Shown one piece after another: positions 1 through 9,400 of a stretch of 64,000 bases of DNA. The stretch covers positions 164,672,001 through 164,736,000 of the forward strand of contig NC_042997.1 in NCBI RefSeq assembly GCF_006345805.1. Direction: 5' to 3'. A model generated the notes under the pieces. That model saw only the letters and a list, made by a program, of their open reading frames with translations. It was not told the origin of the DNA and made no database searches. The stretch's first letter is position 1. Every line of letters starts with the position of its first letter. The position numbers and the translations under genes were made by a program. This stretch comes from Octopus sinensis. Lineage: Eukaryota.

Positions 1-149
1 TCCGTGACAGTGATGAAGTCAGGGTCAACACTTCTGACGTAGGCGTTGAACAAATGTATTTTGTTGCATAAACTGCGAGCATTTAAGGACAACAATTTGT
101 ACCCTGCTCGCAGTTTATGATGGTGTGTAGAGGATGGCAGGTTGTTCTG
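1..149 (-). CDS. LINE ORF2 N-terminus, apurinic-like endonuclease (partial, no in-frame AUG near the ORF1 stop)
   Basis: Manual translation: QNNLPSSTHHHKLRAGYKLLSLNARSLCNKIHLFNAYVRSVDPDFITVT(E). This matches the LINE EEP motifs N-x-R-S-L and D-x-x-x-x-T-E. Confidence 0.88.
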
Positions 150-151
150 GC

Positions 152-1293
152 TTAGTTTTCCTGAGTTGCTGTAGTCTTTTTAGTTATTGTGGGTAGAGAG
201 CACTCAGACCAGCTGGTATCTCTCTTCCACGTTTCAGCAGTCTTGACAAATCTCCAGATTTGTCCATCTTCCCGAAGACTGAAGCTTTCCTGTAGAGCTG
301 AGTTCCTATTCAGGGAAGCCACTACACGTAGCTTCGGACGTACATCGGACGGTAAGCCTGGGCGTGTTCGGAAGGTGGTCCGATTTTCCCGCCCAGCTTT
401 AACTGAGGCCAGATGGTAAGAGGTTGCCTCAGTGGGGTCCGTAAAAGACAACTTGATGAGCCTAGGTTTTGGGCCAGGTCGTCCAAGGCGGATAGCACCC
501 GTTGGGGGAACGCAGCCTAGGTCTTTGGCTGAGTGGCAGCAAAAGCCTGAAGATCAGCCATGTCTTCTGGTACCCCAATGGCAATGACTTCATGGGTGGC
601 AGAATCCGCGGTCTTAAATGCGACAAGAGGTACAGGTACAGGGAGGTTCTTTAGCAGAGCATTCCGATAAGACCCCTCATTGTGGAGTCCAACCTGAATG
701 GTTGCTTTTATTCCTGCTACTTCCCCTTTTAAAGCACAGATCGATTGTTGCAGTTCTGCAAGAACCGCACTGGTCAATTGGTGTTGTTGTTGTGCTGCTG
801 TTGCTCTGGTTGTGGTTGATTTTGTTGTTGCTGTTGTGTGTTGTTGATGTGTTGTTGCTGCTGCTCTGGTTGTGGTTGATTTTGTTGTTGCTGCTGCTCT
901 GGTTGTGGTTGATTTTGTTGTTGCTGTGTGTTGCTGTTCCGCCTCCTCCACGGGAGTGGCAGGGGGAGACACAATCGTCGGTTGTGGAGGCACGCAGGCC
1001 TGACACTGAAAAGTCCAAGATTTAAGCTGAACCATCTTCCAGAGTCTATCCATCATAGCATTATGATGGCTCTTTTTTTGGCCTGGGATCTTCTGAAAGT
1101 CCGTGGCACATTGGAGGCAGACAGAGATGAGACATGTCCCACATTCGACCCAGCGATTACGGAACGTATTTTCGGGTTCCGTACAGATGTGGCAGGTGTG
1201 ATTTTCTGGGCAGTGTTCTATTTTAGAGCAGCGACCAGTCTTATCGCACGCCGCTATGGATTTCACCATGGCGATTCTGTTGGTTCTGGTCAT
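152..1293 (-). pseudogene. LINE ORF1 (PHD-like finger, Thr-rich repeats, coiled coil, RRM-like C-terminus) broken by one frameshift near 530-545
   Basis: ORF 517-1293 has CxxC...CxxC-x4-CxxC...CxxC and LAELQQSICALKGEV. The adjacent frame continues AKDLGCVPPTGAIRLGRPGPKPRLIKLSF into ORF 152-451, ending at TAA 152. Confidence 0.85.
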
Positions 1294-1350
1294 CCGTAGA
1301 GACAGAAAATGTAAACAACAATACGATAAAAGTAAAATATTTGTTTTTGA

Positions 1351-1462
1351 TTCGTTCTTTTTTGTGTATATTCCTTGTTCTTAAATATTGTGTGTGTATA
1401 TACACATGTTTCGTTCTTTTTTGTGTATATTCCTTTTTTTCTTAAATATTGCGTGTGTATAC
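1351..1462 (+). repeat. Tandem duplication (about 59 bp x2) upstream of ORF1
   Basis: ttcgttcttttttgtgtatattcc...cttaaatattgYgtgtgtata occurs twice in tandem. Confidence 0.85.
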
Positions 1463-1828
1463 ATAAGAGTATAGATCGAAGACACTTGCCCAAGGATTGA
1501 AAACGGAACCATGTAGTTGGGAAGCAAACTTCTTACCACACAGCCATGTATGATCCATAAAATTTCTCAACAAAATCGTCTACATTTATTTCAAATAAGT
1601 TTTAGGTTCACGTTTTTCTGGAGCTAGTTGTAAGAAGTTTTACGTTCAACTGAATTTATGAAATCGGGACTTAAATGTGAAGGGGGTAACGGTGGGAGAG
1701 AAAAAAACCCCTACACATATTGTTTTAAAGGATTTTATCTTTCTCATCTTTAATCTTATAGGGCTTCTAGCTTTGATGGTGGATGTCATCCCTAGTATAC
1801 TTGGAAGGCTCTCTCTCTTTCCCCCTCT

Positions 1829-1883
<55 letters not shown>

Positions 1884-2320
1884 AGATATGAGGAGTTTTC
1901 GCCAGGGTGACTCAAACTAATAATAGGTATGTGTTCTGAGTGCTCAAATAGGTGGGCCACCAAAATTCCAGTTTGAACAGCAGTCGAAGTTGTGATTGCA
2001 TGATTGTCTTGTTTAAACTGGCTGGACATAAAACCACCCTCCTGGACATAATGAACCACCACAAATATCATTCATGAGGAACTTTCTTCCATTGACTAAC
2101 TTACATCTCTCCGATGACGAGATACTCAACTTGCAGAGTCTTCCCTCGATACGATGCCCCAAATAGCTGGGATATCCCAGGAACTGCTGATAGAGACTAA
2201 TATTTTACTATTTAAAAAATATTTTTTACAACTTATTACCATTGGTTATGTAGCTAAATTTAAATTGAATTAAATGTTCTTGTCATGCCCCGCCCAATTG
2301 TTTGCATTCCCTCACTGTTT

Positions 2321-2481
2321 ATATTATAATGGGGGAGGCCGGTTTATAGGGTTACTTCAAAATATTTTGAAGAGGTCTTAGGCCAACAGGTTTGGGGTGT
2401 GACGATACGCCGTAAGGCCAAACCACTTATGGATGAGAAACTCAGGGTAACCCCATAAACCAGCCTCCCCCATTATAATAT
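2321..2481. repeat. Palindromic module with 35-bp inverted arms
   Basis: 2321-2355 atattataatgggggaggccggtttatagggttac pairs with 2447-2481 gtaaccccataaaccagcctcccccattataatat (2 mismatches). Confidence 0.85.
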
Positions 2482-2619
2482 TAACTGCTCTATATCTTAG
2501 AGACTGCTTCTTCTCCGGATTAAAGTTTTTCCACAAACGATATATGTGTGCGCGTGTGTGTGTGTATGAAACAAGAAATAATATTTGTCTTTTCTAATAG
2601 AAACAAAAATAAAGAAGCG

Positions 2620-3644
2620 TTGGTTATAGAACATACATTAAATTTGGGTCAACGACTTTACATACAACATCACCCCTCAAACATTTAATCATATATAAAA
2701 ATCACCATGGTCCTCAAACACATAAAAATAATACTTATACATAAAATCACAAAAGGTAAAAATATATAATCGAATAAAATACAAATAGAACGGCCTATCA
2801 AAATGTGAAATATAAACGGCTAAAAATTCAAAAACTACTAAAAAACCTAATAGAACAAGTATAAAATAAGTAAAGGTAAAAATAAAACTAAATATCCACC
2901 GTCTAAAAAGTTTTATCAGATGATCAAAATATTTAAAAAAAAAACTTTTTTAAAAACTTTAAAAAAAACTTTTTTAAAAACTTTAAAAAATATATTTGAA
3001 AAAAGTCTTTTACTTCCCTCATACAAATACGTCCAAAGTTCATAAGTAAACAGACGTCCACAGGTCAAATTCACATATATCTTGGAAAAAGTCTTTTACT
3101 CTCTCAACACAAGTACGTCCAAAAGTTCACAAGGAGCAGACTTCACACGTCAAATTCAACATTCACATATATCTATGGCCATTTCGGGAGCTCACCACCG
3201 CAGTTTATTTGCAACTAAGGTGCAACACGGCGATGACCCCTCATCAGGATAAACAGGAATTTGTATGAGGGAAATAAAAGACATTTTTCAAATACTTTTT
3301 CAAATATTAAGAAATTAAAAAAAAAAAAATTTTAATCATCTGATAAAATGTTTTTAGACGGTGGATATTTATTATTATTTTTACTTTTACTTATTTTATA
3401 TTTGTCTATTAGGTTTTTTGGTAGTTTTTGAATTTTTAGCTGTTTATGTTTAAAATTTTGATAGGCCGTTCTATTTGTATTTTATTCGATTTTATACTTT
3501 TACCTTCTGTGATTTTAGGTATTATTTTTGTGTTTGGGAACCATGGTGATTTTTATATATGATTTTTATATATGATTAAATGTTTGAGGGGTGGTGCTGT
3601 ATGTAAAGTCGTTGACCTAAATTTAATATTTGTTCTATAACCAA
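2620..3644. mobile_element. Fold-back element: inverted arms 2620-3028 and 3259-3644 around a hammerhead-containing spacer; probable Penelope-like (PLE) inverted pLTR relic
   Basis: The arms are reverse complements over about 400 bp (e.g. ttggttatagaac / gttctataaccaa; atatccaccgtctaaaaa / tttttagacggtggatat). The PLE assignment is inferred from the hammerhead type; no RT or GIY-YIG coding sequence was seen. Confidence 0.7.
3161..3260 (-). ncRNA. Type-I hammerhead ribozyme; predicted cleavage between 3174 and 3173 (AUA^G)
   Basis: Minus strand: attcctgtttatc CTGATGA ggggtcatcgccg...cggtggtgagctccc GAAA tggcca TA gatatatgtgaat. The core is intact, stem I has 11/13 pairs including 2 G-U, stem II is long and closed by G-C, and stem III is the palindrome ATGGCCAT. 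Confidence 0.8.
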
Positions 3645-4103
3645 AAAGATAGCTATGGCCGGTCTATGGGATTACCCAGAGTTTCACGTCCATAAAGCGC
3701 TAAGCTTTACACCCTCTCTTCAGACCCTAATGGTCGGTCTATGGGTAACCCCATAGACTGGTCACAACTATATTTATCTAATTACTCTCTCCTGCTCTAT
3801 AACTCAGAGGCATGCTTCGACATATATATATATAAAATCAGCTGTCATATACTGGGAAGGATCATGAATGTGTAAATATATATTTTTCCCTGTAGAACGG
3901 AACACGAAAGTTTTTTACACGAGAGTTCCGGACCCCTGTAATGAACTCATTTGTATACAGCCAATCAGAGCAGAGCCACATTTATCCTTTCTTCCTGTCT
4001 AGTCAGCATCGTGCATTCCTTACTCTTTCCCTCTCTACTGGCAGATAGGAACCTTTTTGTCACTATCAAAACAAATAAAATCGCTATCACTACAAGTACT
4101 ACC

Positions 4104-4337
4104 TATTTCTTTACTATCCACAAGGGGCTAAACACAGAGGGGACAAACAAGGACAGACAAACGGATTAAGTCGATTACATCGACCCCAGTGCGTAACTGG
4201 TACTTAATTTATCGACCCCGAAAGGATGAAAGGCAAAGTCGACCTCGGCGGAATTTGAACTCACAACGTAACGGCAGACGAAATACTGCTGAGCATTTCG
4301 CCCGGCGTGCTAACGTTTCTGCCAGCTCGCCGCCTTA
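4104..4337 (-). mobile_element. tRNA-derived SINE, family A (octopus OK-like), full length with 18-bp TSD
   Basis: Head aaggcggcgagctggcagaaacgttagc and B-box gagttcaaattcc; TSD atcactacaagtactacc at 4086-4103 and 4338-4355. Confidence 0.88.
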
Positions 4338-5172
4338 ATCACTACAAGTACTACCGTCTCTCTAACTCCCTGTCAGGCAAACGAATAAATATATGTAAAT
4401 AATATTTCTTACTTCTTGGTGTTGATCCTTTGATGTTCACAGGTTACTCTGACGTTGGCACAATAATACACTTGCCCAAACTGAATTGCTGGAGTTATTT
4501 TATTTTTTCCAGAAAAATGTTTTTAAAAAGTTATAGAAGTATAAAATTTGATCATTTTCCCCCAGTCAGGACACAGAATTTGGAAGCTGTCATTTTGAGA
4601 GTGACTGCACATTTTGTCAACATCCTGAAAAAGCTTACATTTTTAATGTTTTCCGTGAATTTTTCACGGGTCAAGCTAGTTATAATAAATAGATCTATAA
4701 TTTACTACTAATAATATAATAGTATTCATCGAAATTTTTTAGTACTTACACATTTTTGTGACTATTATTATTTTTTTTATCGTTTCTGTTTGGTTGCCAG
4801 CATCAATTTTCAGTTCGAACTGATTTCATATTCAGTGTAATGATACACTTTTATAAGCTAATTAATGAAATGAAAGTAATTTTCGCTATAAATCAATCAA
4901 TAAAGAGTTATTAGTAATAAAGTTTGAAATTTTTGGTAATTTTAGTCCATCGTAAGCCACAGACACATTCATGTTTTTTTCTATTAAATTAACATAAACA
5001 TTTATTTACATGAAAGAAAATACCGGAGAACTTTCCTGCTAAAAATAACAGCTAAATAAGATTTATTTATATGAAAGAAAATTACCAGAGACATAACACG
5101 TGTTGTTTACAAATATTGACAACATGTGCTATTTTGTCACGCACAAAATGACAGCTTCCAAATCCTTACATA

Positions 5173-6222
5173 TCTTTATATATAAAAGTGAAGTTGTGTG
5201 TCTGTCTCCTACGATTTAGATTCCTAACTACTCCCACATTTTGCGGTGCAGTTTAACCAAAAGCGGGTATCTTATAGTCGTGATTCATATCAAGCCCTTC
5301 TGGGTATTAGCGCGCGTCTACGATGAGTCTACGATTTAAAAAAAAAATGACCATCATTTTTTTCCATTTTAATGCATTTTTTTCGCTTTGTGGTTAGCCA
5401 TATTGAGATGGCTATTATACTTTACATCTTTAAAAATGCTTATATAGTTATTTCCCTTACAAACCCGAGCAACGCCGGGCGATACTGCTAGTCTTTATAT
5501 ATAAAAGTGAAGTTGTGTGTCTGTCTCCTACGATTTAGATTCCTAACTACTCCAACATTTTGCGGTGCAGTTTAACCAAAAGCGGGTATCTTATAGTCGT
5601 GATTCATATCGAGCCCTTCTGGGTATTAGCGTGCGTCTACGATGAGTCTACGATTTAAAAGAAAAATTAACATAATTTTTCCGCATTTTCGCTCGGTTTA
5701 TATAAGGGAAGTACCTCCCTAAAAATGTATTATTAAATCTCAGAATGTAAAAAGCTACAGTAACCCCACCCCTTTGTGGTTAGCCATATTGAGATGGCTA
5801 TTATACTTTACATCTCTAAAAATGCTTATATAGTTATTTCCCTTACAAACCCGAGCAACGCCGGGCGATACTGCTAGTCTTTATATATAAAAGTGAAGTT
5901 GTGTGTCTGTCTCCTACGATTTAGATTCTTAACTACTCCCACATTTTGCGGTGCAGAGTAACCAAAAGCGGGTATCTTATAGTCGTGATTCACATCGAGC
6001 CCTTCTGGGTATTAGCGCGCTACTACGATTAAAAAAAAAAAATTACCATAATTTTTTTCCATTTTTTTCGCTATTATATAAGGGAAGTAACTCTCTAAAA
6101 GTGTCTACGATGAGTCAACGATTTAAAAAAAATTTACCATAATTTTTTTTCCATAACTCTCTAAAAATGCTTATATAGTTATTTCCCTTATAAACCCGAG
6201 CAACGCCGGGCGATACTGCTAG
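5173..6222 (+). mobile_element. Head-to-tail trimer of a non-autonomous Helitron (5173-5491, 5492-5877, 5878-6222)
   Basis: Each unit starts TCTTTATATATAAAA and ends with the hairpin cccgagcaacgccggg followed by CTAG. The array sits between A5172 and T6223 with no TSD. Confidence 0.88.
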
Positions 6223-6547
6223 TATTTTATAATTAAAAAACAAATTATAAGGGTGGCTTTCTATCTTGCAGTAACTAACTGTTGCTTTGCAATTTATACT
6301 TACTATGACAGACCGGAGTGATTAGAAATAGCAGTCAAAACCACAAGCCTTGTATTAAAAACGGAAGACGAAAAGCTTCCAGGATATTATTTGTATGAGG
6401 AAAACAAGGCAAACGATGGGTGGACAGCAGAGGATGTGGATGTATGTAATTACATCTAAGATTAAATAAAAATAACGGCAGCGGACATCATAGAATGCAG
6501 GTCTGATCCCTTCCTGGAAGGTGGTAGAAGGGATGTCAGGATATTGA

Positions 6548-6560
6548 GTCTGTTTTTAAT
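6548..6560 (-). promoter_or_regulatory. Candidate snRNA 3' box
   Basis: Minus strand ATTAAAAACAGAC, about 22 nt past the U2 3' end, resembles the GTTTN0-3AAARNNAGA consensus. Confidence 0.45.
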
Positions 6561-6582
6561 TTGTTTATATCTCCCGGGTGGG

Positions 6583-6773
6583 AGATGGGCTGAATCCTGG
6601 AAGTACTGCTATACCAGGCCAACCCGTGGCAAAGGCGGAGCAAGCCCCTAACTCTTCGCCTCGTTCTAAAAATCAGTTTAATATCGATGGTCCCAAATAG
6701 GGACCGTATCAGATATTAAGCTGATAAGAACAGATACTACACTTTGATCTTAGCCAAAAGGCCGAGAAGCGAT
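6583..6773 (-). ncRNA. U2: U2 spliceosomal snRNA, full length (gene or recent pseudogene; 3' end approx.)
   Basis: Minus strand ATCGCTTCTCGGCCTTTTGGCTAAGATCAAAGTGTAGTATCTGTTCTTATCAGCTTAATATCTGATACG..., with branch-site pairing GTAGTA, stem IIb GGTCCC/GGGACC and stem IV CCTGG/CCAGG. Confidence 0.97.
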
Positions 6774-6809
6774 AATTTTAACCTTAGCTTAGAAATATTA
6801 TACCTATTT

Positions 6810-6825
6810 CTATTTACTATAGTGA
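6810..6825 (-). promoter_or_regulatory. Candidate proximal sequence element (PSE) of U2
   Basis: TCACTATAGTAAATAG at -52 to -37 resembles the vertebrate PSE TCACCNTNASTNAAAAG but lies somewhat closer to the start than usual. Confidence 0.4.
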
Positions 6826-7028
6826 CTGATTTATACTTACACTTATATAGCTGTATTTAATTAGTTCTTCCATATTTTGTAATATCTTTTATTTTATTTC
6901 GTAGTAGTTGTTTTATTTAATCCTTTCAATCTGAGAATTTTAATATTTCTATTTTTAAAAAAATGATATTATCCTAAGCGTAATCTGTAATTGTGTTGAT
7001 TTGATAATAAACGTGAATGAAAATTACG

Positions 7029-7430
7029 GGATATTTTCGGTTTGAACGGCAGTTTTTTCTAGCGGTGTCACATGAAATTGTCACCCATAATTATGACCCT
7101 GGTATCGATCTTATTGCATTTCAATCTATTTTAGGGTTAGAGGGGGGGGGGGGTATTTTTTTTCTTCAGAAATGTAAATAAACCCAGTCTGTTTCTTAAA
7201 CGAGGGACATATTCATACGGCACAGAATGTTGTTTACCTCAATAGACGTCAGTGATTGGTTGAAATTGCAGAAAAAAACCCCAACAAATATCTTACAAAC
7301 TATAGAATTTTCTCAATAAAGCCAAGAGAAAAAGATGTTTTATAAACACATTCCACCAGTATAAGAAGTTTAAAATTTTTTAGTTACCTATAAATTATAT
7401 TAAAAACTGCAGTTCAAACCGAAAATATCC
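7029..7430. mobile_element. Merlin-like MITE, copy 1
   Basis: About 29-bp TIR ggatattttcggtttgaacggcagttttt / aaaaactgcagttcaaaccgaaaatatcc with GG termini; 8-bp TSD aaattacg / aaagtacg. Confidence 0.8.
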
Positions 7431-7577
7431 AAAGTACGAATTACGACGATCCGTAATGTTCACGTGATTCTATATCTCACCAGTAAAACATTTATTACTC
7501 TTTTACTAAATTAATTATTTTTTAGGTATCTTAAATCTCGTAAGTCGTATCGGAAACATTTTCTTGCTTTTCTGAAA

Positions 7578-7965
7578 TCTTTATATATAAAAGTGAAGTT
7601 GTGTGTCTGTCTCCTACGATTTAGATTCCTAACTACTCTCACATTTTGCGGTGCAGTTTAACCAAAACCGAGTATCTTATAGTCGTGGTTCATATCGAGC
7701 CCTTCTGGGTATTAGCGCGCGTCTACGATGAGTCTACGATTTTAAAAATAATTTACCATCATTTTTTTCCATTTTAATGCACTTTTTTCGCTATTATATA
7801 AGGGAAGTAACTCTCTAAAAATGTCTACGATGAGTCAACGATTTAAAAAAAAATTTACCATAATTTTTTTCCCATTTTTAATGCATTTTTTGGCTATCAC
7901 TAACTAAAAATGTTTATATAGTTATTTCCCTTACAAACCCGAGCAACGCCGGGCAATTCTGCTAG
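7578..7965 (+). mobile_element. Non-autonomous Helitron, fourth copy
   Basis: A|TCTTTATATATAAAAGTGAAG...cccgagcaacgccgggcaattctgCTAG|T; same family as 5173-6222. Confidence 0.88.
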
Positions 7966-7994
7966 TATACGTATATATGAATTTCCTGCCGTGG

Positions 7995-8200
7995 AATAAG
8001 TTCATCTATGACCTTGGCTAGCAGGAGGTCAAGTTGTTTCTTGAAAACATCTTCCCCTTCTCCATGAAGATCCCTTTGACATGTCTTGCATGGGATGCTC
8101 TACCAGGAGCTTGTGATCCACTGGCATATCTCTCAGGGTCACTGAAGCACACAAGCCACTGATCCGCAACAAGGACTGGACCTTGTGTTTTACTTGTCTG
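7995..8200 (-). mobile_element. 3' end relic of a CR1-group LINE ORF2 (approx.)
   Basis: Minus strand DVFKKQLDLLLAKVIDE, typical of the ORF2 C-terminus. Confidence 0.55.
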
Positions 8201-8496
8201 AAACGTAGTCAACTCATATAAAACATCAGTTATGCTAAACACATATGATCATTTTTCTTTTTCAATTTAGAAAAATCCCCAAAGAATTGAAATCTCTGCA
8301 GGAATAATGCAAGCAGATAGGTAATTTCAGAAGACTGACAGTCCAGAGGAGATGGAATGCCTTTAGGCGTTAGAGCGACTCCTAGGGTGCGACTATAGTG
8401 GCGGGATGCAAAATGGCTGACGAGAAGAGAAGCGAGTGAATAGGGAGAGACTATGAGTTCATGTGACATTAGGCCATTTAGCTACTGTAAAGAGTA

Positions 8497-8829
8497 AAGA
8501 CCCCACTTCGATCATAAATAACCATGGGATTGCACCCAGAAAGTTGCCCTCCGAGGCACAAGTCCAGGCAAGGTTGTTTATGGAAGACCAGCAATCGCCC
8601 ATGCATACCAGCCTCCCCTCTCTACGCCACCGATGTTATCCAAAGGAAAGGCAAAGGTCGATACAACTTGGCACCGGTGACGTCGCACCTAATTTCTACA
8701 GTTGAGTGAACTGGAGCAATGTGAAATAAAAGTGTCTTGCTCAAGAACACAACACACAGCCCGGTCCGGGAATCGAACTCACTACCTCATGATTGTGAGC
8801 CGACTCTCTAACCATTGAGCCATGCACCA
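8497..8829 (-). mobile_element. tRNA-derived SINE, family C (head gtgaaggcgcatggctcagtggttagag); other copies at 12330-12666 (-) and 26289-26626 (+)
   Basis: tRNA-like head with gagttcgattcccggaccggg and a shared body across three copies; TSD agctactgtaa at 8480-8490 and 8833-8843. Confidence 0.85.
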
Positions 8830-8865
8830 ACCAGCTACTGTAATGGAAGTAGAAAAGACAAATTT

Positions 8866-9095
8866 AAGGTAGCGAGCTGGCAGAAACGTTAGCACGCCGG
8901 GCGCAATGCTTGCAGTATTTCGTCTGCCGTTACGTTCTGAGTTCAAATTCCGCCGAGGTCGACTTTGCCTTTCATCCTTTCGGGGTCGATAAGTTAAGTA
9001 CCAGTTACGCACTGGGGTCGATGTAATCGACCTAATCTCTTTGTCTGTCTTTGTTTGTCCCCTCTATGCTTGGCCCCTTGTGGGCAATAAAGAAT
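8866..9095 (+). mobile_element. SINE family A copy (approx.)
   Basis: aaggtagcgagctggcagaaacgttagc...gagttcaaattccgccgaggtcgac...gccccttgtggg. Confidence 0.85.
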
Positions 9096-9199
9096 TGAGA
9101 AAGACAAATTGAGGAGACACTACATTTTTGGATCGAAGATTAGAGTGTATGATAGGAAATTTCAACAATCACGACTATTATTTCAAATGCGGTTTAGGA

Positions 9200-9400
9200 T
9201 GTTTATATGTGCAGCTGTAGCATTTCCCTCGAGCTTTGTAGTATAGGCTTTGTAGAGGATTAGTAGTTATTGGAAATGAGGAAATGAAGACTGTTCTGGC
9301 TCTGATAAGGAAGACCAGTCTTTGAAATGCTGTATTAACTTTACCGCCGAGGATGTGAGATTTTCAACAGATATCCTCAGTGATGGTGAAGCTCAGCATT
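9200..9400 (-). mobile_element. CR1-clade RT C-terminal relic (approx.)
   Basis: Minus strand FTITEDIC*KSHIL...QRLVFLIRAR...LLILYKA resembles the CR1 pattern ITxDLSWxxHI...RLGFLFRAR...LLxLYKA. Confidence 0.55.

Larger units (their letters stand above)
1..1465 (-). mobile_element. CR1/L2-group LINE, 5' portion (5' UTR, ORF1, start of ORF2); continues off the left edge; right boundary approx.
   Basis: Minus strand reads PHD-like ORF1, then the RRM-type motifs VIAIGVPED and RLGRPGPKPRLIKLSF, then the APE start YKLLSLNARSLCNK...DPDFITVTE. Confidence 0.9.

Noticed and set aside
618-1299. Plus-strand and alternative-frame ORFs overlapping LINE ORF1
   Set aside because: They are shadows of the CAA/CAG-rich linker of the minus-strand ORF1.
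6583-6773. U2-targeting retrotransposon (Utopia/Keno) insertion
   Set aside because: The U2 sequence is uninterrupted and no RT ORF adjoins it.
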